Origin: Candidatus Saccharimonadota bacterium
GTDB taxonomy: Bacteria; Pseudomonadota; Gammaproteobacteria; Enterobacterales; Enterobacteriaceae
Direction of reading: 5' to 3'
Assembly: GCA_002688505.1 (NCBI GenBank)
Contig: CP024013.1
Span: 233,548 to 265,547 of the forward strand
DNA: 32,000 nt
In this document: positions 21,825 through 32,000 of the stretch, one piece after another
Position numbering within the stretch: position 1 is the first letter of the stretch
How the letters are laid out: every line of letters begins with the position of its first letter
The notes under the pieces: generated by a model
Databases searched by the model: none
Told to the model about the DNA's origin: nothing
What the model saw: only the letters and a program-made list of their open reading frames with translations
Program-made: the position numbers and the translations under genes

Positions 21825-22391
21825 TTAAATATTTATATTTTTTTTATTTATTAAATTTTGTATTTTATTTAAGTTGTTATTTTTAATTAATTTTTTTATA
21901 TAAATTATACATTTTTTTATTAATTTATTAATTAATAATTTTTCTAAATTATTTGGTTTAGATATTACAAAATTAATTAAATTATTATTTTTAGGTTTAC
22001 CTATACCTATTCTTAATTTATAAAAATTATTTTTTTTAATGTATTTTAAAATATTTTTTATACCATTATGTGTACTTGTTTTTTTGATGTTTTTTTGTAT
22101 TTTACAATTTCCAGGATATATATTAATGTCATCATATACAATTAATATATTTTTATTTTTTATATTTAATTTTTTTTTTATTTTAAGTATTGATTTTCCA
22201 CAATTATTTATATATGAATTAGGAGTATATAGAAATATCTTTTTTTTTTTTATTTTTTTTTTATATATTTTATTTAAAGTAATTTTTTTTAATTTTAAAA
22301 ATTTTTTAATAAATCATATACCAACATTATGTCTTGTATAAAATAATTTTTTATTTTTATTACCTAATCCAATTATTAATTTAATATTCAT
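21825..22391 (-). CDS. pth: Peptidyl-tRNA hydrolase (188 aa, one TGA=Trp)
   Basis: Not in the ORF track (only an antisense shadow ORF is listed). Reverse translation gives [31 protein letters not shown]...[14 protein letters not shown]...[18 protein letters not shown]...STHNGIKNI...[12 protein letters not shown]. coli has [31 protein letters not shown]...MNLSGKAV...ILVAHDELDLPPGVAKFK...GGHNGLKDI...FHRLRIGIGHP. The stop lies 1 nt from the lysS start. Confidence 0.9.
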
Positions 22392-22533
22392 ATTTAAATT
22401 TAAAATAAAAAATTTTTTTAAAATTATATCATATATAATATATATATTTATATTATATTTTTTAGTATGTATTTTTTATAATTTAATATTTTGTATATAT
22501 AATTTTTATAAATTTATAATTATATTTTTTATT

Positions 22534-23595
22534 ATGAAGAGAAATTTAAAATTAAAGTTTAATAAATTAAATAAAAGATTATTATATTTAAAGGAAAAAA
22601 TTAATAATAGTAAAGATATTAATAGTAATAATTTTAATTATATTTTATATAAAGAATACTTTAATTGTTTAAAAATTAATAATATTTTTAATAAATATAT
22701 TAAATTTGATAATGAATTAAATTCATTAAAAGAATTAAATAATGATAAAGAATTATATCTTTTAGTTAAAGAAGAAAAATTTAAATTAAAAAATATTTTA
22801 AAAAAATTAGAAAATAAATTAAATTGTTTTTTTTTATTTAATAAAAAAAATAAAAATGATAATTTAAATATATATTTAGAAATTCATGCAGGTACTGGTG
22901 GTAATGAGGCTTCTATATTTGTTTCAGATTTATTTAAAATGTATGTTAAATATTGTGAAAAAATGAAATGAAAAGTAGAATTAATAAATTTTAATAATAG
23001 TAATTGTAAAGGATATAAATATATAATATGTAAAATTATAGGTAAATGTGTTTATAAAAATTTAAAATTTGAATCTGGTGGTCATAGAGTACAAAGAGTA
23101 CCTAAAACAGAGTCTAAAGGTAGAATACATACTTCTACTTGTATAGTAGCAGTTACTCCAGTATTACCTAATATAAAGTTACCTATTATTAATAATGAAG
23201 ATATTAAAATTGATACTTTTAAATCTTCAGGAGCTGGTGGTCAACATGTAAATACGACTGATTCTGCGGTTAGAATAACTCATATTCCTACTGGTATAAT
23301 TGTTGAATGTCAACAAGAAAGATCACAACATAAAAATAAATCTAAAGCTTTAGAAGTATTAAAATCTCGTATTTATAATTTAGAGATTAGTAAAAGAAAT
23401 AAAGATAATAATAAAAAAAGGAAAAATTTATTAGGTACTGGGTTTAGAAATGATAGAAATAGAACTTATAATTTTGTTCAAAATAGAATTACAGATCATA
23501 GAATTAATTTAAATATATATTCTTTAGATAAGATATTAAATGGTGATTTAGATTTATTATTAAAACCTTTATTAAATAAATTTAATAGTAATTAA
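22534..23595 (+). CDS. prfA: Peptide chain release factor 1 (353 aa, one TGA=Trp)
   Basis: [54 protein letters not shown] (RF1-type PxT motif), [41 protein letters not shown] (GGQ motif) and [19 protein letters not shown] match E. coli RF1. The TGA at 22969-22971 aligns with the W of ARRWRVE. Confidence 0.95.
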
Positions 23596-23601
23596 TTTTT
23601 T

Positions 23602-24444
23602 ATGAAAATTAAAGATTGATTTAAAAAAGTTAATTTATATAGTAAAACTAATTTATATATATATGATGATTGTTATATTTTTTTAGAATTTTTATTAAAA
23701 AAAAATCGTATTTGGATAGAAATTAATATTAATAAAAATTTAGATTTTAAATTTATTGAATATTTAAATATATTTTTAATAAGAAGATTAAGAGGTGAAC
23801 CAGTAGCTTATATATTAAATGGATATTATTTTTTAAATATTTCATATATAATTTATCCAGATATTTTTATACCAAGATTAGGTACTGAATATATGGTAGA
23901 TTTTATTATTAAATTAATAAAAAAAAAAAATTTTTTAAATATATTAGATTTAGGTAGTGGTTCTGGAGTTATAGCTTGTTCAATTGCTAAAAATTGTCCT
24001 GATACTAATGTTTGAGCATTAGATAATAAAATTTTATCAATAAATTTAATTAGATTAAATTGTTTAAAATTAAATTTATTTAATGTTTATTTATTAAAGA
24101 GTAATTGATTTTTAAATATTTATAATAAATTAAATTTTTTTAATTTAATAGTTTCTAATCCTCCTTATATTTGAAAAAAGGATGTATGTATTAATAATAA
24201 TGATTTACGTTTTGAATGTAAATATTCATTAGTTTCTAATAAAAAAGGTTTTGAAGATATTATATATATAATTATATCTTCTTTTATTTATTTAAAGAAT
24301 AAAGGTTGATTAATTTTAGAACATTCTTTATTAAATTTATATAAAATTATTTATTATTTTAAAAAATATTATTTTAATGTTTGTACATTTAAAGGAATTC
24401 ATAATAATTATAGGTTTACAATAGGTCAAAAATTATTAAAATAA
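23602..24444 (+). CDS. prmC: Release-factor glutamine N5-methyltransferase PrmC/HemK (280 aa, about 7 in-frame TGA)
   Basis: Not in the ORF track because it is fragmented by TGA. Translation gives RRLRGEPVAYILNGYYF, FIPRLGTEYMV, ILDLGSGSGVIA, LKSNWF, IVSNPPYI (NPPY motif), LRFE and GWLILEH. E. coli PrmC has RRRDGEPIAHLTG, LIPRPDTECLV, ILDLGTGTGAIA, LQSDWF, IVSNPPYI, VRFE and GFLLLEH. Confidence 0.88.
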
Positions 24445-24446
24445 AT

Positions 24447-26248
<1,802 letters not shown>

Positions 26249-26342
26249 TTTAAAAAAATTTAAAATAATTTTATAATATATATTATAATATAATAATTAA
26301 TTTTTATTATTAAAATTTTAATAATTATAATGAAAAAATATT

Positions 26343-28016
26343 ATGCGTACACATTATTGTAATTCACTATCTTATAAAGATATTAATAAAAATGTTAAAT
26401 TATGTGGTTGAGTACAAGATATACGTTTATTAAAAAGTATAATTTTTATAGATCTTAAGGATTGTAGTGGTAATTTACAATTAATAATTTTAAGTGAAAA
26501 TATAAAATTATGAAATTTATCTAAAAGTTTAACTCATCAATCGTGTATAAAAGTTAATGGTATAGTAAAAAAAAAAAATAATAATAAAATTGAGATTTTA
26601 GTTAATAAATTAATTGTTTTTAATTATTCTAAATTATTACCATTAGATATATTTATTAAAAATTCTGAAAAGATAAAATTTAAATATCGTTATTTAGATT
26701 TTAGAAACAAAAAAGTTTTTAAAATATTTAAGATAAGATCAAAAGTTAAAAATATTATATATAATTATTTTGAAAAAAGAAATTTTTTAAATATAGAAAC
26801 TCCTTTTTTAAATAAATCATTTTTTGAAGGTTCTAGAGATTTTTTAGTACCTAGTAGATTAGGTATTGGAAAAAATTATTCTTTACCTCAATCTCCTCAA
26901 ATTTTTAAACAATTATTAATGATTGGTGGTATAGATAAATATTATCAAATAGTAAAATGTTTTAGAGATGAAGATTTAAGATCTGATAGGCAACCTGAAT
27001 TTACTCAATTAGATTTAGAATTATCTTTTGTTAATTTTAATTTTATTAAAAATTTAATAGATAAGTTAATTAATAAAATTTGATTTAATATTTTAGGTAT
27101 TAATTTATGTAAAGAAATTAAAGTTATTAAATATAGTAAATGTTTAGTTAATTATTCTACTGATAAACCTGATTTAAGAAATCCTATAAAATTTGAAAAA
27201 AATATATATAATTTTTTAGTTAATAATAAAATTTTATTTAAAAATTCTAATTATACAATATTATCAATTTTATTAATTAATAAAGATTTAAAATTTGATT
27301 TAAATGATTTTATTTTATTTTTATCTAATAAAAATATATATAATATTATATTTTTAAAAGTTTATAATTTTGAAAATAATAAATTTATTTATAAGTGATC
27401 TTATAATTATTGAAAGTTAGATGATAATTTAACTCAAAAATTATTATTTTTTTTAAAATCTCCTATTAATTGTGTATATTTTATATTTATAGGTAAATTA
27501 TTGGTATATTCTTATTTATTAAAAATAAGAAATTTTTTTTGTGATTATTTTAAATTATTTAATAAAAATAAATTTATTCCTATATGAATTAAAGATTTTC
27601 CTATGTTTTATTATGATAAACATAATAAAATTAATTCTTTTCATCATCTTTTTACTAAACCTAAAATATTAGATATAAAAGAGTTAAAAATTTGTAATGA
27701 TTATACTAAATTATTAGCAAATTCATATGATTTAGTAATTAATGGATTTGAAATAGGCAGTGGTTCTGAAAGAATTAATAATTATATTATACAAAAAGAA
27801 ATTTTTAATATATTAAAAATTAATAAAAATATTATTTATAAAGATTATGGATTTTTTTTAAATTCTTTAAAATATGGAACTCCACCACATATTGGAATTG
27901 CACTTGGATTAGATCGTATTATTATGTTACTAACTAAAAGAAATAATATTAGGGAAGTAATTGCTTTTCCTAAATCTACATCTGGTAAATGTTTTGTTAC
28001 TAATGCTCCAGATTAA
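26343..28016 (+). CDS. aspS: Aspartyl-tRNA synthetase (557 aa, about 7 in-frame TGA)
   Basis: MRTHYCNSL...VKLCGWVQDIR.L...IFIDLKDCSGNLQL, KYRYLDFRN, LNIETPFLNKS..EGSRDFLVPSR, YSLPQSPQIFKQLLMIGGIDKYYQIVKCFRDEDLRSDRQPEFTQLDLELSF, STDKPDLRNP, IWIKDFPMF, YDLVINGFEIGSGSERI and LKYGTPPHIGIALGLDRIIMLLT...NIREVIAFPK are colinear with E. coli AspS. Track ORF 27603..28016 is only the C-terminus. Confidence 0.95.
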
Positions 28017-28025
28017 TAATATTTT

Positions 28026-28511
28026 ATGAAAATAAGAATAATTGGTATAGATCCTGGTACTTATTGTACAGGATATAGTATTTTAGAATTTAACAATTTA
28101 AATAAATTAAATAGAAAGATATTTTTTATTTCTAGTGGTTGTATTAAAAGTAATTCGAAAATTTTTTCTTTAAGATTAAATAAAATTTATAGATCTATAT
28201 TAAATATATTATTTATATTTAAACCTTTTGTGTTAGCTATTGAAAAAACTTTTTTATTTAATAATTTAAATTCTAGTTTTAAATTAAATCAGGTTAATGC
28301 AGTTATAACTTTAGCTGCTGTCAGAAATTTTATTCCTATTTATGAATATAATATTAATAAAATAAAAAATTCTATTTTTAAAAGAACTAATATAAATAAA
28401 AAATATATTAATTTATTTTTCAAAGATTTTTTTAATATTAATAAAGATATAGATTTAAATATAACAGATTCTATAGCAGTTGCTATGTGTCATATATTTT
28501 TAAATTATTAA
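28026..28511 (+). CDS. ruvC: Holliday junction resolvase RuvC (161 aa)
   Basis: MKIRIIGIDPGTYCTGYSIL, SSGCIK, FSLRLNKIY, LAIEKTF, FKLNQVNAVITLAAV...IPIYEY and DSIAVAMCH align with E. coli ILGIDPGSRVTGYGVI, GSGCIR, LPSRLKLIY, FAIEQVF, LKLGQARGVAIVAAV..LPVFEY and DALAIAITHCH. By my alignment the residue matching E. coli D138 appears to be Asn; D7, E66 and D141 are conserved. Confidence 0.85.
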   Translation: MKIRIIGIDPGTYCTGYSILEFNNLNKLNRKIFFISSGCIKSNSKIFSLRLNKIYRSILNILFIFKPFVLAIEKTFLFNNLNSSFKLNQVNAVITLAAVRNFIPIYEYNINKIKNSIFKRTNINKKYINLFFKDFFNINKDIDLNITDSIAVAMCHIFLNY

Positions 28512-28599
28512 TTTTTAAATATTTTTAAAAAATATTTGATTTAAATTTTATATATGATAATCTATTTATATATTATATTTTATTTTAAAGGTAATTTTG

Positions 28600-28812
28600 A
28601 TGTCTACAAGAGTAAAAGGTAATGTTAAATGGTTTAATGAATCTAAAGGTTTTGGATTTATTACACCAGTTAATGGTGATAAAGATGTTTTTGTTCATTT
28701 TTCAGCTATTCAAAGTAGTGGATTTAAAACTTTAACTGAAGGTCAATCTGTTGAATTTGAAATTACTAATGGAGCTAAAGGTCCTTCTGCTACAAATGTA
28801 GTTCCTTTATAA
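28600..28812 (+). CDS. cspE: Cold-shock-domain protein of the CspC/CspE type (70 aa)
   Basis: [70 protein letters not shown] is near-identical to E. coli CspC/CspE (...[58 protein letters not shown]). Trp is encoded by TGG here. I prefer ATG at 28600 to the track's TTG at 28597. An AAAGG SD-like motif lies about 9 nt upstream. The assignment to C versus E is uncertain. Confidence 0.9.
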   Translation: MSTRVKGNVKWFNESKGFGFITPVNGDKDVFVHFSAIQSSGFKTLTEGQSVEFEITNGAKGPSATNVVPL

Positions 28813-28880
28813 AATTAATATATAATTAATTTTATATAATTTAAAGTTTTTTAAATTATATTTTAAATTTTATTTAATTA

Positions 28881-28949
28881 GTGAATTATTTAAATATAAT
28901 AAATAACTTAAGTTTTTTAAATTTAATTATATATATTTAAATAATTCAC
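28881..28949. repeat. 18-bp-stem inverted repeat downstream of the csp gene (possible terminator or RNA structure)
   Basis: GTGAATTATTTAAATATA (28881-28898) and TATATTTAAATAATTCAC (28932-28949) are exact reverse complements, separated by 33 nt. Confidence 0.45.
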
Positions 28950-29101
28950 ATTTTATATATTTTATATAAGTTTAAAATTTTATTTATTAATAATATTTCT
29001 TTCTTTTTATTATTTAATAAAATTAATTTTTGTATTTAATATTATTTATTTTAAAAAATAAATTAAATAAAAACAATAAATCTTAAAATAATATTATAAT
29101 T

Positions 29102-29177
29102 TTATATATTATAATGTAACATATAATATAAATATATATATATATATTTATATTATATGTTACATTATAATATATAA
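29102..29177. repeat. Perfect 76-bp palindrome (38-bp arms, no spacer)
   Basis: I checked it base by base around the centre between 29139 and 29140. All 38 pairs are complementary, including the G/C-containing GTAAC (29116-29120) and GTTAC (29159-29163). The symmetry breaks at the pair 29101/29178. Confidence 0.9.
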
Positions 29178-29759
29178 TCAAAAAAGAAAAAATTAGACTG
29201 AAATTTATTTAAATCTCTATTAAAAAATAAAAAATTATTAAATATTTTAATATTTTCTATTCCTTCTAGTGGTTTATTTCAATATCTAATTGTTACATTA
29301 CCTTTTTTAACTAAAATAATTAATTTAAAATCTAATTATTCTTATTCTATATTAAATTTTTTTTGTACTTTTTTTTCTTCTATTGTTGGATTTTTATTAT
29401 ATAGTAGTTATATTTTTAATTTAATTAAAAATTATACTTTTATAATATGCTCTATATTATTATCAATTTTAATATTTAGTAAAAATTTTTTTTTACTTCT
29501 AATTATTAATTCAATATGTTTTGGTTTTTTAGCAGGTCATATAATTTGTATGCAAATAGAAATAAATAAATTTTCTTCATATTTTAATTTAGGAAAATAT
29601 ACAATTATACGTAATTCTATATCAAGTCTTTCTAAAATTTTATTTTCTTTATTATCTGTTTATTTTATAAAAAATTTTTCTTTATCATTAGTTTATATAT
29701 TTGGTTCTGGAATTTTATTTTTATTTCAAATTATATATTTTTTATTTAATTATTTATAA
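29178..29759 (+). pseudogene. 3' half of an MFS-like transporter gene (open frame with no start codon; about 6 TM segments)
   Basis: The frame is open from 29178 to TAA at 29757-29759. It reads ...LDWNLFKSLLKNKKLLNILIFSIPSSGLFQYLIVTLPFL...FGFLAGHIICMQIE...GSGILFLFQIIYFLFNYL*. The first 24 codons after LD are the repeat shared with the 5' half at 31901..31972. The first in-frame ATG is only at 29550 (track ORF 29550..29759). Confidence 0.6.
29190..29267 (+). repeat. Left copy of a perfect 78-bp direct repeat
   Basis: AAATTAGACTGAAATTTATTTAAATCTCTATTAAAAAATAAAAAATTATTAAATATTTTAATATTTTCTATTCCTTCT is identical to 31895..31972 (offset 2705 bp). Confidence 0.95.
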
Positions 29760-29843
29760 ATTTTATAAATTTTATTTTTATTAAAAATTTTATTACAAAC
29801 ATTATTATTTATATTTAAATACTTTAGTTCAGAAATAAAATTC

Positions 29844-29888
29844 GAAATTAATTAATTTTTAATATATATTTAAAAATTAATTAATTTC
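29844..29888. repeat. 19-bp-arm inverted repeat between the MFS 3' half and the 3' end of repA
   Basis: GAAATTAATTAATTTTTAA (29844-29862) and TTAAAAATTAATTAATTTC (29870-29888) are exact reverse complements, with a 7-nt loop. Confidence 0.7.
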
Positions 29889-30045
29889 TTAAAATTTTTA
29901 AATGAAAAATATATTAAAATTATAAGATAGTAAATAAAAAACAAAAAATTTTTACTAAAATATAAATATTTACATATAATATTATAACATAATTTTAATT
30001 AAAAAAAAGAATACCTCAAAAATTTAAAATTACTTTTAATAATTA

Positions 30046-31056
30046 TTAAAATAATAAAATTTTTTTACCTCTCTTTAATAAATTCTTATAATACATTTCA
30101 GAATTCTTAATTAATTCAGGATTCTCTTTTTTAAACTTTTTCTCTAAAAAAATTATTTTATAAGGCATTTGGGTTAAACTTCAATTAATAAATTTACAAT
30201 ACCAAAATTTTGATTTAGCTTTATTATTATTATTATTAATTAAAGAAGAAACAATCTTACTAGAATTAAAATTTTTATTATAACTAATATTTTTATTAAA
30301 AGATCTAAAAATATTTTTTGAATATTTATTTAAATTTTTACAATTACCATATAACTTAATATTTAATTTTATTTTATCTATAAGTTTATTTCCTAAAATC
30401 AATTTTCTTTCTTTAATCAATAAACATCTTAAAGATTTTTTTCTTAATAAATCAATACCTATAACTCTCATTTTAAGTAAATGTTTATTATTAAAATATA
30501 ACAAATTAGAAGTAAAATTATTATTTAATACTCATTTTTCATATTTATTTAAATAAAACCTTAACTCACCAACAGTAATATTTCTTGAAGTAAAAAATTT
30601 TTTAGTTAATCAAATACGTAAAGGTTTATTATGACCTGTATCAGGATTTTTACCTCTTAATACTATTATATATTTTAATTTTTCTAATACATGTAATGCA
30701 TTTAAAGGAGGATCATAAGATTTTCTTCCGTTACTATAAATATGTAACATATTCATTGAATGTGATATAATCTCAAATGGAGCTTTTATCTCAAATATAT
30801 AATTACTATATAAAGTGTAATTACAATATATAAGTAATGTACTAGATAAAACTGTAAGAGATTCACATAATTCTGATCTTACATGAATACGCATATTTAA
30901 TTTTCTACGTAATTTAATAAGATCATAATTATAGTGTCAATTATGTTTACTAATTTTATCAATTAATTTAGTTGTTATACCTCTAGGAATATTACATATA
31001 ATCTTAGGGGTATATCTTCTATGTATTTTATTAATTTTACTTTTTCTTAATAACAT
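30046..31056 (-). CDS. repA: Plasmid replication initiator, IncFII RepA-like (336 aa, four in-frame TGA)
   Basis: Track ORFs 30610..30894 and 30181..30504 share a frame with ATG at comp 31054-31056 and join through TGA. The product is MLLRKSKINKIHRRYTPK...KLIDKISKHNWHYNYDLIKLRRKLNMRIHVRSELCESL...SYDPPLNALHVLEKLKYIIVLRGKNPDTGHNKPLRIWLTKKFFTS.... From memory it parallels R1/R100 RepA (KLMEKAVGFTSRFDFAIHV...LRRRMPPVLRRRAIDAL...SITRATRALTFLSELGLITYQTEYDPLIGCYIPTDITFTSALF). I did not run a search, so the family call is moderate. Confidence 0.55.
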
Positions 31057-31270
31057 TTTTATTTTATTTATTTATAATTTATTAAAATTATTTAATTTAT
31101 TTAATTTATTATTTAATATTTTATTATTAAAAAATAAAATTTTATATTTTCATAATCTACATATTATAACTAAAAATAAAAATTTTTATAAAATTATTTT
31201 AAATAAAAATTTAATATAATTAATTTTTATATTAATATTACATAAATTAAAAATATAATATATTAAAACT

Positions 31271-32000
31271 ATGATTAACAAATTAATAAAAAATAAAAAT
31301 ATTAATTACTATATTACTAATATAATAGTAGCTTCAATAGAATGTGTACAAAATACAATTTTAGTTTGATTAGTATTTAATTATACAAATAATAATTTAT
31401 ATTCTATTAGTTTAATAAATTTTGCAAATTATTTTCCTATGGTAATATCAATATTTACATTTATTTCAATAGCAGACAAAATTAATCCTTTATATCAATA
31501 TTATATAAATAATTTATTTTCTTTAATAATATCATTTTTAATGTTCTTATTATTTTTAATAAAACCAAGAATAAAAATATTTTTAATAATAATATTTATA
31601 TTACAAATAAGTTTCTCATTTATTAGAACATTAAATAAAACTAATTTTAATAAAATTACTAAAATTTTATTTAAAAAAAGTTCTATAGACAAAACATTTA
31701 AAATGTTGCTTTCTTTAATACAAATTTCACAGACTGTAGGTAATATTATAGGTAGTTTATTTATAGCACAAAATATACCTTTATTTGGTTTTATATTTAC
31801 ATTTTTTATGTATAGCATTAGTTTATTTTTATCATATTTTTTATTAAAAAAATATAAAAACATTTTCATTAATAAAAATAAAAAAAATAAAATTAAATTA
31901 GACTGAAATTTATTTAAATCTCTATTAAAAAATAAAAAATTATTAAATATTTTAATATTTTCTATTCCTTCTCAAAAAAAAAAAATTATTGAAAAAAAAA
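31271..32000 (+). CDS. 5' half of the MFS-like transporter gene; after the 78-bp repeat it runs into a Lys-rich tail and off the window
   Basis: ATG at 31271. The product is MINKLIKNKNINYYITNIIVASIECVQNTILVWLVFNYT...PMVISIFTFISIADKINP...IAQNIPLFGFIFTFFMYSISLFLSYFLLKKY...KLDWNLFKSLLKNKKLLNILIFSIPS, about 6 TM segments then a central loop. After 31972 it reads QKKKIIEKK instead of the continuation found at 29268. The MFS assignment rests on topology and loose similarity to EntS/MFS_3-type transporters. Confidence 0.55.
31895..31972 (+). repeat. Right copy of the perfect 78-bp direct repeat
   Basis: Identical to 29190..29267. The flanks diverge on both sides (the preceding base is T versus A; the following base is C versus A). 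Confidence 0.95.

Larger units (their letters stand above)
29190..31972. mobile_element. Plasmid-like RepA + MFS module, circularly permuted and bounded by 78-bp direct repeats (integrated small replicon, or a plasmid joined to the chromosome by the assembler)
   Basis: The order is repeat, MFS C-half (+), inverted repeat, repA (-), MFS N-half (+), repeat. Joining 31972 to 29268 keeps the reading frame and gives one 397-codon membrane-protein gene on a 2705-bp circle. Confidence 0.6.

Noticed and set aside
28512-28599. A sigma70-like promoter (TTGATT ... GATAAT) upstream of the csp gene.
   Set aside because: The spacing is about 14 nt, and hexamers like these occur by chance everywhere in DNA this AT-rich. 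It cannot be supported from sequence alone.
29102-29177. The 76-bp palindrome as a protelomerase (hairpin telomere resolution) site, implying a linear replicon.
   Set aside because: There is no protelomerase-like gene or phage context in the window. The sequence continues normally on both sides. I kept it as an unexplained palindrome rather than a telomere claim.

Overview
This window is an extremely A+T-rich (by eye about 85-88% A+T, not computed), tightly packed piece of a reduced gammaproteobacterial (Enterobacterales-like) endosymbiont chromosome. It reads UGA as Trp. Nearly every ORF in the supplied track that ends early ends at a TGA, and that TGA usually aligns with a conserved Trp in the E. 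coli orthologue. Joining the fragments gives full-length genes. In order these are: mnmE', yidC, rnpA, rpmH (-); dnaA, dnaN, gyrB (+); tRNA-Asn (-), tRNA-Ser (+); rpsP, trmD, rplS, truA (+); a small orphan membrane ORF; tRNA-fMet (-); eno (+); tyrS (-); tRNA-Val (+); pykF (+); gyrA (-); an ElaB/YqjD-like gene (-); manZ, manY, manX (-); mutH (+); lysS, pth (-); prfA, prmC (+); argS (-); aspS, ruvC and a cspC/E-like gene (+). The order follows E. coli synteny blocks, with recF, rimM and yidD deleted. Three things stand out. (1) An uninterrupted 80-nt poly(A) run on the coding strand lies inside the essential argS gene, and the reading frame is broken exactly there (+1 or -2 nt would restore it). 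(2) At the right end there is a 2,705-bp circularly permuted plasmid-like module. It holds an IncFII-type repA and a split MFS-like transporter gene, and is bounded by perfect 78-bp direct repeats. Joining it into a circle would rebuild an intact 397-codon transporter gene. (3) A perfect 76-bp spacer-less palindrome lies 12 bp to the left of that module. I cannot name the organism without a database search. A Stammera-like code-4 enterobacterial symbiont is only a guess.
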